Under the pieces are notes generated by a model that did not search any database, was not told where the DNA came from, and saw nothing but the letters and a program-made list of their open reading frames with translations. Shown here in pieces: positions 9,215 to 16,781 of a stretch of DNA of 64,000 nucleotides (the first letter of the stretch is position 1; every line of letters begins with the position of its first letter). A program made the translations under genes and the position numbers. The stretch covers positions 1-64,000 of IMG/VR virus record IMGVR_UViG_3300031566_000014, one strand, 5' to 3'. The stretch is from a virus.

Positions 9215-9571
9215 TCACGCCTCCTCACTTTCTGCCTCGCACCGCTCTGCGGCGCGGGCGGCTCTGTCGGCCTCTGCCTCGCTCGCGGCGGCGCGCTCGC
9301 TGTCGCCCACGACGCGCCAGACGCGCGCCGACTGACGCCAGTAGCCCTCGTAGCCGCGCTCGTACTCGGCGCAGTCGGCCAGCACGGCGGCGCGCTCCGT
9401 CAGCCCGTGGTTCATTGCCATGGCCTTCCCCTTTGCAGGATAGGTGGTCCGCTCGCGGCAAAAGCCCAGGAAGCGCAAGACCAGCACCAGCAGCCCCAGG
9501 TAGCACAGCCCGCCCACGATGGCGAGCAAGGGCCTGTGCTCAGCACACCAGCGCGCGAACTCGCTGCTCAT
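9215..9571 (-). CDS. hypothetical protein with one TM helix
   Basis: LLAIVGGLCYLGLLVLVLRFLGF hydrophobic stretch. Confidence 0.6.
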   Translation of the reverse strand: MSSEFARWCAEHRPLLAIVGGLCYLGLLVLVLRFLGFCRERTTYPAKGKAMAMNHGLTERAAVLADCAEYERGYEGYWRQSARVWRVVGDSERAAASEAEADRAARAAERCEAESEEA

Positions 9572-9855
9572 GCCTTCGCTCCTTCAGTGTTGCTCCCCTC
9601 GAAAAGCCCCTCGGCCACGCCCAGCCGCTCGCCATCCTCCCGCAGTAGCCGCGCCAGTTTCCGATTGCCGGGCAGGAGAAGCTGGTAGGCCGTCCCAACG
9701 AGCACAGACAGGCCATAGACCTTCGTGCGCGCAGCCTTGATGTCGGCCTCGCGCGCCTTAGCCTCGGCCTCAAGGACGTCGATCCGCTCCCTGAGTTCGT
9801 TCATGGTCACGGAGCCGGAGCGGTGGTTGACGACGCGCGGGCTACGGCGACTCAT
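9568..9855 (-). CDS. hypothetical coiled-coil protein
   Basis: 95 aa, AAGGAG RBS, ATGA overlaps. Confidence 0.65.
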   Translation of the reverse strand: MSRRSPRVVNHRSGSVTMNELRERIDVLEAEAKAREADIKAARTKVYGLSVLVGTAYQLLLPGNRKLARLLREDGERLGVAEGLFEGSNTEGAKA

Positions 9856-11924
9856 TCGTTGGCTCCTTTGACGGCCCAGATAGTTTGCTCGAAGTCGATG
9901 CGCGGCGAACCCTTCGCCTCGGCCAGTCGGCGAAAGAAGCCCTTACTCTCCTTCTGCGGTACGGCTCCGCTCCACATCGTCTCCTGCTTGGTGCGGGAGA
10001 CCTGCCACATTCGCCAGCGCTCGAAGACGCGGAATCCGCAGGCTTCGAGGAGCCGGCACCAGTCGTCACAGAAGGGGATGCGCTGCTTGTTGCGAACGAA
10101 GTCCTTGCAGACCCAGGCGGTGACGGCTCCGGGCTTGAGCACTTGGGCGCATTGGAGCACGATGTCGCGGGCGGCCTGCCAGAAGGTCTCGCCCCGCTCG
10201 TTGCCGAGCTGGCCCGCGGTGGAGCCGTAATCCGCGCCGTTCTGCCGCTCCATTGACGCCCGAATGGCCTCAGCGCTCGCAGGATGGCCTTTGAGTTCGC
10301 CCGACCGGTAACGGCGCGCCTGCTCAGCGGCGAACGCCTCTGGGTCCGCGAACTTCTTGGCAGCGAAGGCTCCCTCAGTTCCCTCAAACGGCGGGCTAGC
10401 GACTGCCCCGTCCACGGTCCCGGCGGGCATTTCCCCGAGTTGGCCTGGGCTTTCGCCGTAGGCGGTCACGTCGGGCTGACTAGGGCCGGCGGCGCGTCCC
10501 GTCTGATCGTCGCTGCCCTCGCGCGGAGGGAGCGTGTTGAGGCCGCCCTGGCCGGGCGTGATCGCCGCGTAGGGGGGCGACGACACCGCGCCCTCCACGG
10601 AGCCGGGCTTGAGCGCCCCAAGCTGGCCGGGGCTTGCGCCGTAGGACGTATGCTCAGGGCGCTTGCCGGCGTGTTCTGGATGCGCTTGCCGATAGCGCTC
10701 CTGTGCCGCGCGAGCCTTGTCCTGGTCACGGTACTCTTGCGTGAGGCTTTCTGAGTATGGCGGGCTAGACACGACGCCTGCTGTGCTCCTGCCGAGCTTG
10801 AAGCCTTCGGGGGCGTTGGGCGTGCGCGACCCGCCGGGGTTCTGTAGGCTCTCGGCGTAGGGCGGCGAGGTCGCCAGCCCGTCGCCCATCGGCAGCGCCG
10901 CGAGGTTGCCAGGTGAACTCTGCCCGCCCCCGTTCCAGCCCTGCGCCTTGAGCATCTTGGCGGCGGTCGCGTCGGTGCGCGTGTGCAGGCTCTCAGGGCC
11001 GGCGCTGTCCTTGGAGCCGAAGGGCGGAGAGCACACGGCCCCCTCGACGCTCCCAGGGCGAAGGTTCCCGAGGTTGCCAGGGGTCGATCCGTACTCTGCC
11101 TGCGTCCCGTTGAAGGATTCCCTTCCAAAGCGGGCGCTGTCAGGTTGCGTTGCGCGCTTTCTGTCAAACTCATCTTGACCCGGCAGAATACCCTGAAAGG
11201 GCGGGCTCGTCGCCAGCCCCGCCGCGGCCCCCAGCAGCTTCGCAAGTTCCCGGCTGTCCCCGTGCAGCATCGTCGGGCGCGGGCACTCATCGCCCCATCG
11301 GTGTATCTCGACGCTGCCCGTGATATGATGGGCCTCGTGCGATTCCTGCTGGCCGCAGAGAGCGGGCTTCGTGCAGACCCATTTTGGGCTGGGCGGCTCT
11401 GCGTCGAAGTGCACTGCCCTGTACGATTCTGGCCGCCACACGTCCTCGTCGCTGTTCATAACCCGTCGAACGGCCTGCTCCGCGAGTGCTTTGGACGCGA
11501 AACCATCGCTCTGAGGACCTCCATTGCTCTCCTCCATGTCGGCGCCCCAATAGCGGGCGGTGCCGCGGTGCCGGACGAACCACCCGCTCCAGGGTTGACC
11601 GGGGTTGCCGGTGGGGTTGATGTGACCTTCGACTTTGCCATCGCACTCGCCGCCCCTGGTCAAGGCGACGAAGCGCTCCTCAAGCTCCGCCCCCACCATC
11701 CGAAGGCCCGCCCACGCGCCCGTCAGCAGGAAGCCGCCGATGCCCGCGAAGGGGTCGATCAGTGTGCTGCCCTTGGGCCAGTAGCCTTGACTGATGCCGT
11801 GCTCGAAGATCGCACGGGCGACGGCCGGCCGCACCTTGGCCGGGTGCGCCATGGCCTCGGGCACGAGGCGGTCGCCCCAGGACTCAGAGTAAAGCCCGTA
11901 GATGTCGCGCCACTTCACGCTCAC
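9852..11924 (-). CDS. DNA amino-methyltransferase (probably N4-cytosine) with six repeated SPP(Y/F) motif-IV modules
   Basis: HPAK, DPFAGIGG (motif I), GAELE, GDSR, six SPPY/SPPF, VLKPG...KDFVR. Confidence 0.88.
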   Translation of the reverse strand: MSVKWRDIYGLYSESWGDRLVPEAMAHPAKVRPAVARAIFEHGISQGYWPKGSTLIDPFAGIGGFLLTGAWAGLRMVGAELEERFVALTRGGECDGKVEGHINPTGNPGQPWSGWFVRHRGTARYWGADMEESNGGPQSDGFASKALAEQAVRRVMNSDEDVWRPESYRAVHFDAEPPSPKWVCTKPALCGQQESHEAHHITGSVEIHRWGDECPRPTMLHGDSRELAKLLGAAAGLATSPPFQGILPGQDEFDRKRATQPDSARFGRESFNGTQAEYGSTPGNLGNLRPGSVEGAVCSPPFGSKDSAGPESLHTRTDATAAKMLKAQGWNGGGQSSPGNLAALPMGDGLATSPPYAESLQNPGGSRTPNAPEGFKLGRSTAGVVSSPPYSESLTQEYRDQDKARAAQERYRQAHPEHAGKRPEHTSYGASPGQLGALKPGSVEGAVSSPPYAAITPGQGGLNTLPPREGSDDQTGRAAGPSQPDVTAYGESPGQLGEMPAGTVDGAVASPPFEGTEGAFAAKKFADPEAFAAEQARRYRSGELKGHPASAEAIRASMERQNGADYGSTAGQLGNERGETFWQAARDIVLQCAQVLKPGAVTAWVCKDFVRNKQRIPFCDDWCRLLEACGFRVFERWRMWQVSRTKQETMWSGAVPQKESKGFFRRLAEAKGSPRIDFEQTIWAVKGANE

Positions 11925-12547
11925 TGCGCTTCCCCCTTCTCTGTTCGGGGCTTGCCCCCCCCTGCACCCCCCGGAAGAGAACTGCCAGTACGGCGCAGAC
12001 TCTTAGAACCCAAGAGAACCCCAGAAGAACTTCTTCTCTTCTCTTCTTCTTCAGAGCGTAAGCGATCTTCCATGGGGTTCTCTTTGCTTCTCTTGGGTTT
12101 CTCTTTGTCTTCATGGGGGGTCTGGGGGGGGACGGTCTCGGCAAGCGCGCCCGAAATGTGGGTAACTTGTGGATAACTCGGCTTGCCGTGTCGGCTATCC
12201 TGACATGGCCCTTGTCGGCTGTCCTTACATGCTTCTTCTTTATATGTGGGCAGACGAGTGGGCCTGCCCTTGTCGTCTGTGCTGACATGGAGCACGTAGG
12301 CTTTCGGCTCCCAGCGCCCGTTCGGTTTCCGCTCCTCGGCGGACTCGATCAGCCCCTGGCTTTCGAGCGTGGCGAGCGCGGCGGTGACGCTGGGGCGGGT
12401 CATCTGGGTGTCAGCGGCCAAGGCGGCGTGGCTCGGCCAGGCGCGGTGCTGGCGGTCGGCGTATGTGGCGAGATGCACGAGCACTGACTTGTCTCCCGGT
12501 GTATCACAGCGTTGTAGCTTCGCCCAGCGGACCGTCAGCCACGACAT
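11921..12547 (-). CDS. phage replication initiator (N-terminal helix-turn-helix, lambda O-like layout)
   Basis: KSVLVHLATYAD...AWPSHAALAADTQM...V...L..LE..GLI HTH pattern; low-complexity C-terminal half contains iterons. Confidence 0.82.
   Translation of the reverse strand: MSWLTVRWAKLQRCDTPGDKSVLVHLATYADRQHRAWPSHAALAADTQMTRPSVTAALATLESQGLIESAEERKPNGRWEPKAYVLHVSTDDKGRPTRLPTYKEEACKDSRQGPCQDSRHGKPSYPQVTHISGALAETVPPQTPHEDKEKPKRSKENPMEDRLRSEEEEKRRSSSGVLLGSKSLRRTGSSLPGGAGGGKPRTEKGEAQ
12157..12289. promoter_or_regulatory. Putative replication origin: three 19-bp iterons plus two DnaA boxes
   Basis: TGTCGGCTATCCTGACATG (12189), TGTCGGCTGTCCTTACATG (12213), TGTCGTCTGTGCTGACATG (12271); TTATCCACA (12168-12176, minus strand) and TTACCCACA (12157-12165, minus strand). 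Confidence 0.7.
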
Positions 12548-12813
12548 GGGCTACTCCCATCAGAGGGCGGGCGCGGCCCTTGGGCGTCCCCGTGTTCGAG
12601 GGCAGGTGCGCCCGCCGTGAATGGGGGCCGGCCCGCGCCGCGCCTCTGGAGGGGCATAGGGCACGTTGCGGCGGAGGGCGCGGGCCGGGAGGGATTGGGG
12701 AGCGGCGGCTGGCACCCTGCGAGGTCGGGAGGTGCCGCGGCGTTAGGTGACGGGCCGCTTTGAGTTCGGCCACGCCCGACGTTCGCCCCGTTAGGGAGCC
12801 GCCGCGTTGATAA

Positions 12814-12934
12814 GGTGCCCTGCGGGAATCGAACCCGCACCTCCGGAGCCGTCCTGCCCGTCGGCAGGCATTGCCCCGGCGAGGCGTCCACAGGTGCCGT
12901 GCGCACGGTCCTGACGCTTACCTCCGAGGGCACC
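12814..12934 (-). ncRNA. tRNA-like structured RNA with expanded D and anticodon arms
   Basis: GGTGCCCT/AGGGCACC acceptor, GAGG/CCTC D stem, CCGGG/TCCGG anticodon stem, AGGT variable loop, GCGGG-TTCGATT-CCCGC T arm; both loops replaced by hairpins. Confidence 0.7.
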
Positions 12935-13031
12935 AAAGAGAGAGCGGGCGCGCCGTGCCGGCTGGGGGCACAGGCTGGGGAGGGAGCAGCCTGCCTGAAG
13001 GCGGCGCGCCCGCGGGTTGTCGCTGGTGAGG

Positions 13032-13364
13032 TCACGCCACTTTCTCCGAACGCAGCCGATCCTCCATCGAGCAGTCGATCTCCCGCGCGAAATACCGCTC
13101 ACGAGGCACGTCCACGCGCAGTTTCTCGCCGGGTGCCAGTTTGTGCTTGCCCGTGGCGAGCATCGCCAGAGCCTCCGGCTCGGTGAGATCGACGGTCGCG
13201 CACTGTTTCGAGTGTTCGCGCGAAATCCACCAGCCGTCGAGAACCGGAGCGGTCGTGAACAGCGCGTAGCCGGACGTGTTCGTGACTTCCGCGCGGTGCA
13301 TGTCGAGGTCGCGCGTCAGCCAGTGATATGCCCCCGTCGGGATCGCATCGGTGGTCGGGTCCAT
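13032..13364 (-). CDS. hypothetical protein
   Basis: 110 aa, AAAGGAG RBS. Confidence 0.7.
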   Translation of the reverse strand: MDPTTDAIPTGAYHWLTRDLDMHRAEVTNTSGYALFTTAPVLDGWWISREHSKQCATVDLTEPEALAMLATGKHKLAPGEKLRVDVPRERYFAREIDCSMEDRLRSEKVA

Positions 13365-13417
13365 GTCGTCTCCTTTCGCCCGTCAGGGCAGTTGGGTGAA
13401 CTCGCGCCCGCGGAGTG

Positions 13418-14137
13418 TCATGGGGGAGACTCCTGATATGGAGCGGTCCCCGGGGGTTGAACCCGGCTCTCAGCGCTGGAAGCGCCGCGTGTCACCATCG
13501 ACACTTGGACCGCTGGCTTTGGGTAGGGGGAACATCGCAGGCCAAGGCGAGTGGCCTTTTTCATGCCATGGCGAGACAGCGCCCGCCAGTACAGGTGCTT
13601 GCCTTCGTCGTAGTGGGGCTGAATATCCCAGCGGCGGTGTTCATGCCTGAGTTGGTTCGGACTACGGGTGCCCCACAGGTTGAAACACATACGCCCCGGC
13701 ACAAACTTGCCGTTCACGACGAGGCCGTCTTGCGCCCGTTCGCGCTGGCCGTCGTAGTTCCATGAAGCGGCTTGGTAGATGCCGCCGTGGTGTCCTTGAG
13801 TCCAATCGGCGTAAGACACTAGCAAGTCGAAGGTTCCGCGTCGTCGCACATCTTCGCAAGTCGCAGAGATCAGCCCTGTCAATGGCACGGAAACATCGTC
13901 ACGCCGCACCAAGCGTTCGAGTTCCAGCACGGCTTCTGACCAGCGTGTGGGGGGTATGCCGAACACACAGGCGGCGACGGCTTCCCCAAGGTTCCCGAAT
14001 AGGCCGCCAGGCTGGTGCAGGGTGCCACAGGCTTCTATGACAGAAGGCCAGCGGTGGCTGTAGTGGTACTTCATCACCAGCGCCTTGGCAGCGTCCAGTT
14101 GCCCAAAGGAGACATGAAGCGCGCATGTGGGCTTCAT
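13418..14137 (-). CDS. mom: Mom-family (GNAT-fold) DNA adenine hypermodification enzyme
   Basis: HYS, LELERL, VSYADxxQGHxGxIYQAASWxYxG, KHxY and terminal YPK motifs typical of phage Mu Mom homologues. Confidence 0.88.
   Translation of the reverse strand: MKPTCALHVSFGQLDAAKALVMKYHYSHRWPSVIEACGTLHQPGGLFGNLGEAVAACVFGIPPTRWSEAVLELERLVRRDDVSVPLTGLISATCEDVRRRGTFDLLVSYADWTQGHHGGIYQAASWNYDGQRERAQDGLVVNGKFVPGRMCFNLWGTRSPNQLRHEHRRWDIQPHYDEGKHLYWRALSRHGMKKATRLGLRCSPYPKPAVQVSMVTRGASSAESRVQPPGTAPYQESPP
13439..13513 (-). tRNA. tRNA-Gly(TCC), non-canonical core, encoded CCA; lies inside the mom CDS
   Basis: GCGGTCC/GGACCGC acceptor, U73, CCA, CGGCG-CT TCC AG-CGCTG anticodon arm, CCGGG-TTCAACC-CCCGG T arm; 75 nt. 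Confidence 0.85.
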
Positions 14138-14607
14138 TGGGCAGACTCCTGATAGCTCCGCTTCCCGTGCGCGGCGTTGTGGCAGCGCCGGCACAGCCGC
14201 CGCGGCTTCCTGCCGTCGTAGGCTTCATGGTGATTCTGGGAGACGTGCCGCCCGCACACCTCGCACGGGCCAGCGGGCAGGGTGCCGCGCTGCACCCGCT
14301 TGTTGTCGGTGTCCTGGTGTCGAGCTTCGATGGGGTGATTGTGCCGCCAGCGCTTCACGGCGGCGTAGCCCGTGGCGTAGCCGTGTCTCTGCTGGCTGAT
14401 GACGTTCTCGGCGCTTTGGCAGGCTCGGCAGCGCCCCGATGGCGTGCCGTCCTTGCGGAAGCGCCAGAACTCATCGCTCGGTTTTTCTTGGCCGCACTTG
14501 GAGCAGACAAAGAGGGGACCTGGCCGGGCCGGTGGACACACTCGGTCGAGGGCAACGAGAGGGGCGGCGCCGGCCAGGAGCTTGTCGTTTTGCGTCGTCA
14601 CGGTCAC
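14134..14607 (-). CDS. HNH-type nuclease / Zn-finger protein
   Basis: CSKC...CRAC finger plus CEVCG...HHEAY..KP..LCRRCH...H. Confidence 0.7.
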   Translation of the reverse strand: MTVTTQNDKLLAGAAPLVALDRVCPPARPGPLFVCSKCGQEKPSDEFWRFRKDGTPSGRCRACQSAENVISQQRHGYATGYAAVKRWRHNHPIEARHQDTDNKRVQRGTLPAGPCEVCGRHVSQNHHEAYDGRKPRRLCRRCHNAAHGKRSYQESAQ

Positions 14608-14638
14608 TGGGGAACCCTCGACTCGTGTGTCCAAGAGG

Positions 14639-14667
14639 AGTATACCCCACGCGTTGGCGCTTGTCAA
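14639..14667 (-). promoter_or_regulatory. sigma70-type promoter upstream of the HNH-mom-tRNA-replication genes
   Basis: TTGACA-17 bp-TATACT in an intergenic gap. Confidence 0.85.
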
Positions 14668-14699
14668 GGGCCGGAAACAAAATCGGCGCGCCCTTTCTC

Positions 14700-14942
14700 C
14701 TACTCGCCGGCCTTGTCGAGGATCGCGCGGGCGGCGTTCACGGCGTCGTACAGCAGGCTCCAATCCTCCATGTGCACCGGTCCGCCCGCATGGTGCTTTG
14801 CGTCCACGGTGCGAGCGCAGCGCGCCAACTCCCTCAGTGCCTCCTTGGTCCCCTTGGGGCAGACCTCGGCCTCTCGATAGAGGGGGTAGTGACAGGCTTG
14901 GCACTCAAAGCCGGTGGGTTCGCCGCAGATTGGGCATTTCAC
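14700..14942 (-). CDS. small Zn-finger protein
   Basis: CPIC...CQAC; GTGA overlap. Confidence 0.65.
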   Translation of the reverse strand: MKCPICGEPTGFECQACHYPLYREAEVCPKGTKEALRELARCARTVDAKHHAGGPVHMEDWSLLYDAVNAARAILDKAGE

Positions 14943-15289
14943 GGCTTGTCTCCTTTCCCAAGGGCGAGGGCGGCACGGAACACGCCCAGCGCCTCGTCGC
15001 GCTGGCGATTGTGCGCCGTTCGCATCTCGTCATCTGGTTCGGCGTAATACCCGTGAAAGGCCCCTAGCTCGTAAAGTCGCTCGGCTCCCTCGCAGGCATC
15101 CACAAGGGCGGCGTACGCCTTCCAGCGGCGATCCAACTCCCGGACCAGCGCCTCCAGGTACCGGCACTGAGCGTCCTGCGTCGCGGGGTATGGGTGCGGC
15201 GGAATCAAGGGCGCGCAGCGCACGCTGAGCGGTTCACAGTCGGCGTCAAAGGCGAGCGCGTCAGGGGGCCTCGGTATCGCTTCGCTCAT
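14939..15289 (-). CDS. hypothetical protein
   Basis: 116 aa ORF tiling with neighbour. Confidence 0.6.
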   Translation of the reverse strand: MSEAIPRPPDALAFDADCEPLSVRCAPLIPPHPYPATQDAQCRYLEALVRELDRRWKAYAALVDACEGAERLYELGAFHGYYAEPDDEMRTAHNRQRDEALGVFRAALALGKGDKP

Positions 15290-15456
15290 TGCCTTTCCCT
15301 TTCACTTGGCGGCGTAGAGCCACAGGATGAGCGCCAGCGCGGCGAGCGCCAGCGCGACGAGAAGGCGGTCAGTCCAGGTCACGGCTGCGCCCTCCTTAGG
15401 CCCCCGGCCGTGGGCGCCGGGGGCTGCCGGCGTGGGGGAGCGCCGGCGGTTGTGTG

Positions 15457-15744
15457 TCAGTGGCCCGCCATGGCCTCATGGTTCGCCAGGGCGTCGGCGG
15501 CGGGGTCGTCGGCGTCACAGCCGCCGTAGGCGTCCCACAGCTTCACCATGTCGGCCACGGTCGGATCGATCTCGATTGCCGCCTCCCACACATTGGCGTC
15601 GTCGCCGTCGGGCAGCCGTGCAAGGTCGCCATCATCGCCGTCAGTGTCCTTGTCCACGACGATGATCCGCAGGTCCGTGGGCGGTTGCTCCGCCGCGTAG
15701 ACTCCGCGCAACGCGCCGCCCTCGATCTCGATTACCAGGTTCAT
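15457..15744 (-). CDS. hypothetical acidic protein
   Basis: MNLVIEIEGG...IIVVDKD; AAGGAG RBS. Confidence 0.7.
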   Translation of the reverse strand: MNLVIEIEGGALRGVYAAEQPPTDLRIIVVDKDTDGDDGDLARLPDGDDANVWEAAIEIDPTVADMVKLWDAYGGCDADDPAADALANHEAMAGH

Positions 15745-15773
15745 GGTTCTCTCCTTCTGCCCCTTGGGGCGTT

Positions 15774-16121
15774 TCACTCCCCCTCAGCCGCCGCGAGGGC
15801 GGGGCGGAGTATGGCCTGAATCCTGTCGAGCAACTCGCGCTTGGCCTCAAGCGCAGGGGCTATCTCTCGCGCCCACTTCTTCGGCGGCGGCCCCTGGTAC
15901 GCGCAAGCCTTTAGGGCGCTTGGGACGTACATGCAAAGGACGGCCTTGCACGCCGCGAGGAGGGCCGGGGCGGCCGCGATCTGCTGCGCGTTCGCCGCTC
16001 GTTCGGTGTCAACGTGCGTGTCGTGGACCTCGCAGATCACGAGGCCCCCGCTCGCCTCGACGGTACGCCTGCCTGTAGTCCACACATTCACTGTCCACGG
16101 TCCCGGTGTCGCTGTTCCCAT
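15774..16121 (-). CDS. phage protein of the TPGPW...ANAxxIAAAP family
   Basis: TPGPW and ANAQQIAAAPALL motifs. Confidence 0.75.
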   Translation of the reverse strand: MGTATPGPWTVNVWTTGRRTVEASGGLVICEVHDTHVDTERAANAQQIAAAPALLAACKAVLCMYVPSALKACAYQGPPPKKWAREIAPALEAKRELLDRIQAILRPALAAAEGE

Positions 16122-16206
16122 CGTCGTATCCCTCAAAAGGTTCCAGGTCGGTCACAGCGGCCCTCACTCCTTCCCCCCGCAGTGCAGGGGGTCGGGGAGG
16201 GTCGTG

Positions 16207-16491
16207 TCAGGTAGTGTGCAGAAGCCGCCCTGCCATCCGAGCAATCCCCGCCAGTTCGTCGGCGGCCTGCAATTCCATGCAGATGTGGCAGAGAGCGCCG
16301 GGCACGAGCCACGTCCCGCATTCGGGGCATTCTCGCGCTCCGCCCTCATAGGCGGCCTCCTCCATTTCCCTTTTCAGATCGTCGGACAGATCGCACCCGC
16401 CGTCGGATACGCTGTCGCTCTGCGTGTTGAGCGCCCACAGCACAGCCCCCAAGATGCGTTCATTCGTCGCGGTCATCGTCCAATCCCCCAA
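16207..16491 (-). CDS. hypothetical Zn-ribbon protein
   Basis: CPECGTW...CHIC; start uncertain. Confidence 0.65.
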   Translation of the reverse strand: MGDWTMTATNERILGAVLWALNTQSDSVSDGGCDLSDDLKREMEEAAYEGGARECPECGTWLVPGALCHICMELQAADELAGIARMAGRLLHTT

Positions 16492-16571
16492 AAGTGCCCC
16501 AGGTCAGAGCCGCCGCGCGGCCCGCTCGCCGTGGCCCCGCCCCTCAGGGGCCACGAGCGGCCGGGCAGGGG

Positions 16572-16781
16572 CTAGTCCTTGCGGCACAGGGGGCAGGTCG
16601 CCTGCCGCGCTTCGCCGGAGTGCTCGTACCGCTCCTTGGAGTCGGCAGAACCGAGGTAGTGGTCAATGGCCTCGTGGACCTCGGCGAGGTTGCATGCCTT
16701 TGTCGAGAAGCCGCGGCAGCCGCTGCCCGGGTCCGAGAAAGCCACCTTGTAGCCGTTGCCGGCGCGCGTGATTCGGATCAT
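16572..16781 (-). CDS. hypothetical protein
   Basis: 69 aa, AGGAG RBS, CPLC. Confidence 0.65.
   Translation of the reverse strand: MIRITRAGNGYKVAFSDPGSGCRGFSTKACNLAEVHEAIDHYLGSADSKERYEHSGEARQATCPLCRKD

Noticed and set aside
12700-12805. Twister ribozyme (CCUAACGCCGC resembles its cleavage-site strand)
   Set aside because: The conserved P4 loop and pseudoknot partners were not found.
12814-12934. Intron-containing tRNA with archaeal bulge-helix-bulge sites
   Set aside because: The bulges in the D-arm insert precede the 4-bp helix on each strand, the reverse of canonical BHB geometry, and I could not derive a normal 7-nt anticodon loop.
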